Source: Chrysemys picta bellii (taxonomy: Eukaryota). Taken from it: a stretch of 64,000 bases of DNA. Every line of letters starts with the position of its first letter. The first letter of the stretch is position 1. The position numbers and the translations under genes were made by a program. Below are positions 24,402 through 35,451 of this stretch, piece after piece. Where the stretch lies: contig NC_088810.1 in NCBI RefSeq assembly GCF_011386835.1, forward strand, positions 1,612,001 to 1,676,000, in the 5' to 3' direction. A model generated the notes under the pieces. The model was not told where the DNA came from and did not search any database. It saw only the letters and a program-made list of their open reading frames with translations.

Positions 24402-24787
24402 GGCGGCGCTCGGGGATCCCGCTGGCGCAGGGTGGCATAGACTCAGTGGGGCTCGCAGCTCTCCTGTGTACAGACGAGACGCTGGGCGGCTGTTCTCGGT
24501 CCCTGCCTCGGCCTCCTGTTCGCGTCAATGTCAACAACGGGCTGAGCTGGGCTGTGCCGGGGCAGGGCCGCCCTGGATGTACCCACCTCCCCTGGCCAGA
24601 CTCCCTGTTCCCCTCGATGTACCCCCCCAATCTTCCCTCCTGGCTCCTCTACCCCCTTTTCCGCCAGCGCTGTCATTTCGACCTGTCGGGTTAAGCCTGG
24701 ATTGAGTCTGTGTGCGGACGCCCCCAAAGGGATTTGAACCCAGCTTCTCGCTGTTCGCCCGCCCTACGAATACATCTCTTCGAACCG

Positions 24788-25127
24788 GTGTCCAGTCCCC
24801 TTTGCCCGCGCGGGCTTCCCCCCCCCTGTGTCCAGTCCCCTTTGCCCGCGCGGGCTTCCCCCCCCCCCCCCCCCCTGTGTCCAGTCCCCTTTGCCCGCGC
24901 GGGCTCTTCCCCCCCCCCCCCCGTGTCCAGTCCCCTTTGCCCGCGCGGGCTCTTCACCCCCCCCCCCCCTGTGTCCAGTCCCCTTTGCCCGCGCGGGCTC
25001 TTCCCCCCCCCCCCCCGGTGTCCAGTCCCCTTTGCCCGCGCGGGCTCTTCCCCCCCCCCCCCCGTGTCCAGTCCCCTTTGCCCGCGTGGGCTCTTCCCCC
25101 CCCGTGTCCAGTCCCCTTTGCCCGCGT
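24788..25127 (+). repeat. C-rich ~47-bp VNTR in the XRCC1 3' UTR
   Basis: About 7 copies of gtgtccagtcccctttgcccgcgcgggctctt(c)n. Confidence 0.85.
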
Positions 25128-25536
25128 CAGTTCCCTTTTCAGTTAAACCCACCTGGCGTCTGCGGGCCGGAGTCTGTGACTGGAGGTGGAGAGCCCAAGG
25201 GGCTGGGTTAGATGCTAAACTCCAGAGCATTTACAAACCCAAAGCAAATGCAGGAAACCTTCCGTCCCTGCCTGACCGCCCCGGGGACGGTGCAGCCGGG
25301 GGCCGCTTTGCACCGTGAATTTCCACCGAGCCGCAGGGCGGGTGAGTTCAGGTCTTCGCATTTGCTCTGGGCAAGGAAATTAAGCTGGTTAGTTTCCTTC
25401 CCTCTCCCCCCTGGTCAGTTTCAGTCCTGTCTGGATGGTTTCCCTTTCTCCTGCCCTAGAGCCTGGACTGCTGTTTGTATTTGTGGGGGGCGGGGGCAGG
25501 TGGGAAGCTCTTTTATACAGAATTTTCTTTGAGCGA

Positions 25537-25542
25537 AATAAA
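25537..25542 (+). terminator. Probable XRCC1 polyadenylation signal
   Basis: First AATAAA downstream of the stop codon, followed by a GT/T-rich stretch. Confidence 0.6.
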
Positions 25543-28199
25543 CCGCTTTCGGGTGAAGCTTGGTTTAAAAACCCCCTTTAAGGGGGGTGGGTCTGGTCTC
25601 GCTGCACCCCTGGCCTGGGCCCCACATGGAGGCTACAAGTCCTGAGCCCCCTACCTCCCACTGCAGCTGAGGAGTGGCCCCCCCCAGGTTTCTTTGAAAG
25701 GGCCCCACATTGTCCTTCGAAAGGAGACGTGCTGCTGCTGAGCCCCCCAGCTCTGTGCCCCCATGAACCCACAGCCCCCAGAGCTGCGTGGGGAGCGGGA
25801 GTGGCCCTGCTGCCATGAAATTGAACGCTGCCCCCGTCTGTGGTTCTGGGAGCAGCCTCTGCATGGAAGCTCTGGGCACTTCAGGCGTGTGATCAACGGC
25901 GGCATCGCGCTCTCTGGGCCTGAACGGGGCTGGAGCGACTGCTGCCCCCCAGGCACGCTCCATCCCCTCGGCGGCCCCGGGTCTGCGCAACCCCCATCTC
26001 CAGCCGTGGAGTCCTAACCCGTCCGTCCCCCTCTGAGCTCTAGCTAGGGATGGGGGTCTCTGCACGTTCGGATCTGGCCTGGGCAGGGAATCCAGCCGGG
26101 GAACTTTCTTCCCGGCTCTGGTCTGTGCCCGCGGTGCTTTCCTGACTCAGGCCAGCCAGGGGGAGAAGAGATGTGCGCGGGGGTCCTGAGCCGGAGCCCA
26201 GCTCAGCTGCTCCCCACACCACCTGGGGGGGCCTGTCCTTTGCTGCAGTGTGTCTCTTTCCTACTTAAACCTGTTAACGAGCCCAGGCGTGGCCCCCTTG
26301 TGTTGATCTGACCCCACACCTGCCAGCGAGCGGCAGAGATGAAGCAGGGGAGCTGAGAGAGACCAGGAGGTGGGTCCAGGGACAGAGGCGGGAGGGGCAC
26401 TGGAAGAGCTTGGGAGGAAGGGAGCCCAGCGCTGGGATAGCAGAGGGCTGCCGGTTGGAATTGAGGGGCACTCGGACCTGGGTGGGGGGCTGTTCATCTG
26501 GAGTCTGGAACCTTGAGGAGGGGTTGGGGGAGTTCAAGACTCCCCGGGGGGTGATGTGTGTAAGATTTGGGGGGGGGGCAGTCAGCCCCTCCAGCGGAGG
26601 ATGGACGGACGGGGACAGTCGTTATTACTTTTGTTTAGATTTCAGGTACCAAGGTACCATTTGTACCAAGAAAATAAAATGAGTGAATTTCTCCCCCCCC
26701 CCCCGCCCTGTCCTCCCCATGGGGTGTATGTGGGGAGGGTTCCACACACAAGACACTGGAAGAAGCTTCTATAAATGGAGTAAGCCTGCCTGTGCCCGGG
26801 GGGGGGGCTGGGTCCCTCAGAACAAAGGGCACCTGAGCCTTGCATCCCCAGCTCCACGGGGATGGAAATCCGGGCCAGGAGGGAGGCTGATGCTTAGATG
26901 GTGAGCGCTGGGGGGCCAGGAGTGTCTCAGTGTTTGTGCAGTGCCTGGCACGGTGGGGTCCTCAGTCCTACCCTGATACACCAATAATAGACCGGGCTGA
27001 GCGCAATGGGGTCCTGGGCTGGGGCCATAGAAGTAACAGAGGTCAGAAGTGCTGCCCAGGTCTCCTTGGTCCCGCCTCCCCCCATCAATCTGCCTCTTTC
27101 ACCACAAGATGTGGGGGGAAATATGTCTTGATCCAAAGAAGCGTCCAGGTGTGGGAGTGGGGCGCTAGCTCTGAGGGGCCCTTTCCCCTCTAGGGTTTGG
27201 GCTGGATCACAGTCCCGTACCAGTGATTTACCCCCCCTCAAGGCTCATTTAGTTTTGACTCTGTTGTTTAGTATTTTCTCGCTCTCAATTCTTGTAGCAA
27301 ATTGGTTAAATTTCACCTACAACGTTTTAAAAATTAAAATCTGGGTAAAGTTATTTTTGTTACTTAACTTTTTTTTGTAACCTGCTACAGAAATTTCCCA
27401 GTCCACAATTTATCTTTGTTACTTTTGTTGTTTCTTTTCCGTCACATTCTTTCATCTGATTAATTTTACTGAGCAACTATCGATTTGTACCCAACACATT
27501 GTCACCTGGTTATAATAATCGGTAACTGATCATTGATAATCTATCATCCAAGATCTGTTGAGAGTATAGCAATAATTAATACTTATTAATAATTAACTAA
27601 TGGTTAAAGGCTTGACAATTTGAGTTTTAGAATTTTTGACATCAATTTTTTATTTAAAGCATTTTACATTTCCCCCCCTGATTTAAATGTTCACTGCTGC
27701 GGGAAGTTACGGGGCAGTCACACAACAGGGCGGGTCGGACAATAATTATTTGATGACTAAACGTGAAAGCTTTCTACCCGTTCCAACACTCCTTGTTGAC
27801 ATGGACAAGGCAAATACCCTGAACTCCAGCTCCGCTCTGTGCCCCAGCAGCGCTGGTCTCACGTCGCCCATCTGGACATTTCGATGCTCATCGATAGGAA
27901 GCTTTTTCCATCGGTTTGCGTGGGTGAAATTAACTTTTATCGATGTTTACTGAGAAAAACTGACCCCTTCCAAGGCGAGGTGTAACAAGACTCGTCACTG
28001 TTCATTAAACGTGCAATCTGGGCTTTACAACAAAATATTAATAATTAACACAACCAATCAGTCATTTATGTCTTTGCAAAGGCTTACGGCCAGCGGCCAA
28101 CCTGACGCCAGCCCCCGCAGCAGGAAAATGGGGAACTCCGCAAGGAACTTAGAAGCAGAGCAGGAAAGGGGCCGAGTACATAAAGAAAGGTGAGGCGTG

Positions 28200-28560
28200 A
28201 TCCGTGGGAGGAGGCTCGCCCGCACAGTGCCAAGTCAGAACTAGGAGTCGGTAATCGGGCCTGCAGCGGGTATGGCTCCGAACGCTGGGGACGGAGGAAG
28301 CGACTGGGGTAGATCGTGCAGAGAGTGGGGATAAACCCATTCAACTGGACCCTGGGAGTAACAAGGCCGAACCGTGCTCGGAACGAACGAATTCGGGGAA
28401 GGATGAAGCTGGCACCGATTCTAGAACAGTGGAGGAGATCCAGCTTGGATGGTTTGACCAGGGGGGAAGAAGATTGGAAGAACAGCCAGGAAACGGGGGA
28501 TTTACGTTAGCTGTGGCGGGTAAAAGCCGGGTTAGAAGAGACCCAACGCTAGCTGGGGTT
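28200..28560 (+). mobile_element. RTE-clade LINE fragment (degenerate)
   Basis: Translates to GYGSERW and LGVTRPNRARNERIRGRMKLAPILEQWRRSSLDGLTRGEED, resembling the post-RT C-terminus of RTE LINEs. Confidence 0.5.
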
Positions 28561-28750
28561 TGGTGAACAGCAGCGTCTCAGGAGCTGCTCCTAGACAGAT
28601 GGGAATGGAGACCAGCTAGCCGCAGAGAGACAGGCTGAAGGCGAGGAGAAGAATCAAGCGTTTATCATCTAATAGAAAGTACGATTGGTGGTTAATACAG
28701 AGTGAGTATACCAGTGCTAATTTACAATTAACAATCGATAATTACTAATC

Positions 28751-29120
28751 ATTAAGACTGATTTAGTCATGGAATCCGTGACTTCCAGCCACCTCTGTGA
28801 CTTCAGCTTGCGGTGGTCGGAAGCTGTGGGGTCCCCCGCTGCCCGTGGGGCCAGAGAGCTGTGGGGTACCTCCACTGCCTCTGGCGGCCCCTGCAGCTCC
28901 CGGCTGCAGCGGGGAAACCCCTGAGCCGTGGGTGGCAGGGGTACCCCGCAGCCCTGGTGCAGCTGCCCCGCATCGGGCGGTGTGGGCCACACCGATCCCC
29001 ATTTTGTTTGGGATATTTTTAGTAAAAGTCAGGGACAGGTCACGGGCAAAAAAGGAAAATTCACGGAAGCCGTGACCTGTCCCTGACTTTTACTAAAAAT
29101 AGTAACAAAAGCTTACCTTA
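28751..29120. mobile_element. MITE-like element with an internal hairpin
   Basis: Inverted arms ttttagtaaaagtcagggacaggtcacgg / ccgtgacctgtccctgacttttactaaaa (29018-29099); ATTAA / TTAAT ends. Confidence 0.6.
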
Positions 29121-29486
29121 ATAGTACGGCTATCATTTAGAACATACAGTATTTTAATATATAATATATAGTCCCGAATTTCTAATACTTAATAAATAAT
29201 GACGAATTTCTCATTTATAATATAAAGTGTTACTATATAGTCCCTAATTTATCATACTAATTTATCATTTATGATATAAAGTGTTATACATGATAAATAG
29301 TAGTTATCATTTAGTTATGCTTATTTGTTAATTATTATAAAAATTGTATATTAACATATGATATACAATCTTTAATTTATAATAAATAATTACTAATAAT
29401 GTATTTATAATATACATTATTGTTCAATCTCTCATTTGATATAATTAATTATTAATATTTGATTTGTAAGTATTACCATATTGTTG

Positions 29487-29721
29487 AGTATCAGAGGGGT
29501 AGCCGTGTTAGTCTGAATCTGTAAAAAGCAACAGAGGGTCCTGTGGCACCTTTAAGACTAACAGAAGTATTGGGAGCATAAGCTTTCCTGGGTAAGAACC
29601 TCACTTCTTCAGATGCAAGTAATGGTCCATTACTTAAGTGAGGTTCTTACCCACGAAGGCTTATGCTCCCAATACTTCTGTTAGTCTTAAAGGTGCCACA
29701 GGACGCTCTGTGGCTTTTTAC
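29487..29721. mobile_element. Penelope-like inverted terminal pair with target-site duplication
   Basis: ~86-bp inverted repeat (29521-29606 / 29636-29721, 4 mismatches); 13-bp direct repeat TACCATATTGTTG at 29474-29486 and 29719-29731. Confidence 0.8.
29576..29616 (-). ncRNA. Minimal hammerhead ribozyme motif (PLE-associated)
   Basis: Reverse complement GCAT-CTGAAGA-AGTGAGGTTCTTACCCAG-GAAA-GCTT-ATGC; the core is intact and the closing pair of stem II is mismatched. Confidence 0.6.
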
Positions 29722-30384
29722 CATATTGTTGGTTAACATAATATTATAAATTAGAGATTGTATAACAATAAACACAGACCCGATTGAGATCAGGGCCCCT
29801 TCGCGCCGGGCGCTGCCCAGACCCCAACCGAGATTGGGGCCCTGTTGGGCCAGGCTCTGCCCAGACCTGACCAAGCTCGGGGCCCCATCGCGCCGGGTGC
29901 TGCACAGACGCACGGTGATACCTGGGCCTTGCAGTGAATGATGGCATTTGATGATTATCGATGGTCTCCCATTCCCCCCAATCCACATGGTGCTGGCGCT
30001 CGGGCGTCTCGCTGGTGTCACCTCACTGTCATGCACCAATAATCCAGCCTGCCTGCATCTCACCAGCAGCGGCTGGAATTTTGTCCTCTGGGCGGGATTT
30101 GGGCCCAACAAGCAGAAATCCAGTCTCGGGGGCTGGATTCAGGCCAAGATCGGGGCGATGGGATTTACACAGGGGAAAGGCCCTGGTGTGAATGAGATGG
30201 GGAACGTCCACAGAGCGACAGCCAGTTCCTGCCCGCTGGGGCTCTGGCCCCATTGACACCCCGCCCAAAATACAAACGGGGCCAAAACCGACCCTTGTGT
30301 TACACTCGGCCATCGTCCCTCTGGGACCAACCCCCCTTCCAGCCCCCCAGCCCCCTATACCTCCAGCCATCCCCCTATACCCCA

Positions 30385-30815
30385 TCCCCTGCTCACCTGT
30401 CCCCATCTCCTGCCCACTTGTCTCCCAATCCCTGACTCACCTGTTCCCCATCCCATGTGCTCACCTGTCCCCCATCCCCCATCTGTCCCTATCCCCTGGG
30501 CTCACCTGTCCCCCATCCCCTGGGCTCACCTGTCCCCATCCCCCATTCACCTGTCCCTATCCCCTCCGCTCACCTGTCCCCATCCCCCCACTCGCCTGTC
30601 CCCATCTCCTGCCCACCTGTCTCCCAACCCCTGACTCACCTGTCCCTATCCCCTGTGCTCACCTGTCCCCATCCCCCGCTCACTTGTCCCAATCTCCCAC
30701 CCACTTGTCCCCATCCTCTGTGCTCACCTGTCCCCATCTCCTGCCCACCTGTCTCCCAACCCCTCGCTCACCTGTCCCAATCCCCCTGCTTACCTGTCCC
30801 GTCCCCCCCATCCCT
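30385..30815. repeat. C-rich ~20-bp minisatellite
   Basis: Repeated gctcacctgtccccatccc units. Confidence 0.85.
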
Positions 30816-33800
30816 GGCCTGCCCCAGCCGCTGGTCTCTGCCCTTCTCCAGCTGGTCCCTGGGCCTCGCCTCAGACCCCCCGGCCCGGGGTGATGGGCGC
30901 AGCACAGGCAGCTGCAGGGTGCGGGGCCGTGTCAGGGCAGTGCACGGGGCCAGAGTCAGGGGGACCCGGCTAGAGACCCCCCCTGGGTGCCTGGGGGAGC
31001 CCCCAGCCCCTGTTCCAGCCCCACAGAACTCCCACAGATCCAGCCCCACGTACGGACCCTATATACCAGGGGCCCTGATCTCGGTTGGGGTCTGGGCAGC
31101 GCCCGGCGTAGTGGGAGCCTTGATCTCGTTTCCTATCTTGAACAGCACCTGTAGGTGCTATCGTCAAACACCCAATATCTGCTCCTCCCAATTCAGGACC
31201 CTCTCCTTCACTCTCCAACAGCCCGGCCTGGCCGATGGAATATTTGCTGCTTCCCTCCGGAGACCTGGTACCGACCTGGTCCCTGAATTTTCTCTCATCC
31301 AGAGAGGCCGGAAAAGAATACTGGGGCAGACAGCAAAAGAGGGAGAGAAACCAGCCCACTGGCCGGAGATGGGAGGTATTAACCCTTTAATTCTGAGAAA
31401 TGAGGGTAAGGAAGATGGGACAGACGTATGTAGATGGGCAGCTTTCTCCGCGGGGATCCCACTCTAAAGGGCGCAGGACCAGTGGGCCATCAAGAGCCCT
31501 GGCTCTGGTTGGTTTGAGACGTGCAGAGGGGCGAAGGGAAAATCCCGTGTCTGAGGCTTTCAGGGCAGAGCTGGTGGCAGCGGTGGGATAAGCTGAGGGG
31601 CGTTGAATAGCCCAGCTCTGTAAGGAAGCGCTAACTGGAGTCTTTTGCATTTAATTTCCCCAGGGTTTTCTATTTGTCAGCCGGGCGTGCAGGCTCCCAG
31701 CTCCCCGACAAGGTGGCTGAGCCCTGTTTCATAAGAGGGGAGGTTCACCCTTATACAGGCCTGTGTCCCCCTTAGTTCGCCTGGGTTCTATTTCCAGCAG
31801 CAGAAGGGGAGGGTGGCCTGTGGGTAATTGCCAAGGAGTCAGGACTTCTAGGTTCCATTCCTGCCTCTGGGACTTGATTCCCAACCCCGCCGCCGCCAGT
31901 GGCTCTAACCACTAGATCCCACTCCCTTCCCCGTGCCAGGGAGAGAACCCAAGCGTCCTGGTTCCCAGCCCCACTCCCTTCCCGGTGCCAGGGAGAGAAC
32001 CCAGGCGTCCTGGCTCCCAGCCTCTCCCACCCCCCACCCAGAGCCAGAGAAAGAACCCAGGAGTCCTGGCTCCCAGACCCCTAGTTCCCACTCCCCTCGC
32101 AGAGCCAGGGAGAGAACCCAGGCGTCCTGACACAGCATGGGGAGGGGACAATGCAGGAGGCTCAGTGGGGGGGGGGGGAATCCCCAGGGGGCGGACGCAG
32201 CCGAATCCACCATGAAGGGAGGGGGAGGAGGGAGGAGCCGCTGCCGGACGCGACCGAATCAACCTAGCCGCTGGGAGGGGCCAGGAGCAGGGAGCGAGCA
32301 CTCGGCTGTACCAAGTGCTCGCACGGGGCCGCGTCATGACTCCCCTGAGCGCGCTCACTTGGTTTCTCTCAGCAGCTCGGGCTGATGTCTATGGCGCGGG
32401 GTGAGGGAAAAAATTCATCGGGCAAACGCGCTGTGGCTGTTCTCTCTATGCGTCTCCCCCCCCCCCCCCCCCGCCGCAGCTCTCAGCAGCAGGCAGTTCC
32501 AGGCTTGGTCTCCCCTCCCAGGCACACGGGGTTGGTTTATTAGGGTCTCTGGGTTGTTTATTGTAGGGTCTCCTGTGAGCTCTGGTGCTGCACTGGCATG
32601 TTTGTTTACTGTAGGGTCCCTCATGTGCACTGGGGCTACAGACACTAATGCATTGTTGGCTCTCTCCGGAGTTCTGGGGCTACACACACTCGTTTGTTTA
32701 TTGTAGGGTCTCTCTGGAGATCTTGGACTGCATAGCCTAGGGTTATTACTGTTGGGTTGCTTATGAGCTCTGGGTGAGTGTGCATGCTGTTCGTTATAGG
32801 GTCTGCCCTGAGTACTCGCACTACACCCGCTGGCTTATTATTGTAGGGTCTCCCTGAGCTCAGTGGCTTTGCCTCTATATTTTATTTTAATTTCTGTAGA
32901 AAAAAATCATCGATGGAGCAGATAAATACGGAAAACATCCTGTGGCAAGGGGAGAAGAGAAGGGTTAACTCCCTGCACCCCACCCCTGCTCAACCCCATT
33001 AGATTCTGCTCCCCTCCCAGAGCCAGGGAGAGAACCCAGGAGTCCTGGCCCCCGGCTCTAACCCATTAGAGCTACCCAGCCACTCAACAAACCACTCGGC
33101 TGCTTCTTGAAAAGCAAAAAACCGCAGGATTGGAAGCAGGGGAGCGATTAGGTGAAATCCTAGAGATCAGGCCGAGGCTGGAGGAGCAGTACTTCCTTAG
33201 TGAGATGGGGGGGACTCCATTGGGGGGAGGGGGTCCCCGAGAGGGCAGGGGGGTGATAATTCTGCCTGCGGTAACTGTCACCGCCCACAACAGCCGAAAA
33301 GAGGGCAGAGTTCAGCGCTACTGTAACTACACCGCGAGGGCAAAGGCGGGGATGGGGACCCAGGACGCCTGGGTTCTCTCCCTGGCTCTGGGAGGGGAGT
33401 GGTGTCTAGTGGTTAGAACAGATGTAGCTGAGAGCCAGGACTCCTTGGCTCTGTTCCTTTCCCTCCCCCTCTCCATCATGGCATCAGTTGCCGGTTGGTA
33501 AATCTCTCCCTCCCAGATACAATCACCTCCGACAGCTTCACACCCAGCGGCTCCGTCTCCCCAGCCCTGCACCCAGATGGCACATTCCCAGCCTGTTCCC
33601 GGGGGCCCAAAATCATCCCCGGGCCCAAGCCAGCACAGGCCTGGTAACCACAGCGCAGCCAGAAGGGAATGATTGTGTCACACCCCCGGGGACCCAACAG
33701 GCAGCCGGACTGCACAGTATGTGCTCATCTCTAGAGAACCCAGGAGTCCTGGCTCCCAGCCCTGCCACACCCCTTTAATGACTGGAGCTCACACCCAGTA

Positions 33801-34739
33801 CTTCTATCTAGGGGCTGGGCTGGGAGTCCTGACTTGTGCCCTGGGGACGAAGTCCATATGGCCAAGACTATAAACAATGACGTCACTTCTTCCCACCCAC
33901 CCCCTTCTTTAACCCCTTGTATCCGCATCTGGGGCGCTGAACTGCTCCCTGGGTTTCTAACCCTCTCCCACCTGGGCTGCCTGGCAGGGGCACATGTCCA
34001 GAGGAAAGGGCAGGCAGGTGAAGGGTTAATCTCAGCTGCTTCTTTGGCAAAGGGCAGAGACCAGCCCGACAGTCAAAGTCCTTGTGGACTGCGCCCGCCC
34101 TGCTCTAACCACTAGATCTCACTCCCCTCCCAGAGCCGGGGACAGAACCCAGGTGTCCTGGCTCCCAGCCCCCTCTGCTCTAATCCACCAGCCCCCGCTC
34201 CCCGGGGATAGAACCCAGGAGTCCTGGCTCCCAGCCCCCCTGCTCTAACCACTAGATCCCACTCCCCTCCCAGAGCTGGGGAGAGAACCCAGGTGTCCTG
34301 GCTCCCAGCCCCCCCTGCTCTAACCACTAGATCTCACTCCCCTCCCAGAGCCGGGGACAGAACCCAGGAGTCCTGGCTCCCAGCCCCCTCTGCTCTAATC
34401 CACCAACTCCCGCTCCCCTCCCAGAGCCGGGGAGAGAACCCAGGAGTCCTGGCTCCAACACCCTCTCCCCCCCGCTCTCTTTCCACTAGGTGATGCGGCC
34501 TCCCCTATAGTTGGTATTTGGAGGGTTAATAAGATGAACGGGAAATGAAACTACCAGGCCGGGAGCTGTCCTGCAGAATGGACCAATCAGGATAGGATGT
34601 GTATGGGGGATTGTGGCCTTCATTTGCATATTTAAAGGGGTCTTGATCTGTGGGTGTGGGCCCAGCGTTATACCCTCTTCCATGTGTTTGCTAATGTTCT
34701 TGGAAGACCCTTCAATAACAAACCAGTGCAACTAACAGG

Positions 34740-35270
34740 TTGCAGGGGGTAACTCTTTACTGTGTGTGAGTGTGTGTTTCCAAAGAGGCTGGCCTGTGAG
34801 TGCTTGTGTCTTGTTCTTGGTGCACCTGGGGTATGCCAGCGTGACTGTAGCCCAGAGTGGCTGTGTGTGTAAGTGTAACCCTGTGTGCATTGTGAGACAG
34901 AGGGGGGGACTCTGGGTATGTGTGTAACCCAGTGTGTGTTGAATTGTATATCTGTGTGTGTGTGTGCATGTGCCAGGGCTGCTGTGTGTATAATTGTATT
35001 CCAGGGAGTGTGTGCGTGTCTGTGAGAGGGACGTGTGTGTATATCTGGAACCCTGTGTGCAGTTATATCGCCGCGTGTACATGTGTGGCACTCCATATCT
35101 CTATGCAGGTGTCTCTCTGTGTGGGTGTTACACACACGAGGGAAGGGTATCCGCTTGTATTAACCTTCCCTAGTGGGTGTATCGGTTACCCTTCCCTAGT
35201 GTGTGTGTATTGGTGTGTATCTGTTTGTGTTCATCTTCCCTAGTGTGTGTTGTGTCTGTGTGGGTGTTAC
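34740..35270. repeat. (TG)-rich low-complexity tract upstream of ETHE1 copy A
   Basis: Interrupted tgtg runs plus repeated ccttccctagtg. Confidence 0.7.
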
Positions 35271-35451
35271 CCTTCCTCCCTAGTATGTCAGAGGCAGCTC
35301 TGTGTCCCCGGCCCCAGCTCCCCCCTATGTGCAGCTGTCCCTTTAAGGGCTCCGGGCTCCCTGTCCCCGCCCCCTCCCGTCCTCCCCAACCCCTGGCATT
35401 TAAAGGGTCCGTCCCCGCCGCGGGCACCAGCGCAGCCCCCGCGATCCCGGC

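Noticed and set aside
29781-31130. ~60-bp inverted repeat bracketing 1.3 kb, suggesting a DNA transposon
   Set aside because: The arms resemble the common CORE-SINE tail motif (ggggccctgatctc) seen elsewhere in the window, and no TSD was found.
25600-33000. A ZNF575 ortholog expected from mammalian synteny
   Set aside because: No C2H2 or TGEKP-linker ORF was found in the ORF track or by eye; a very short or diverged remnant cannot be excluded without TBLASTN.
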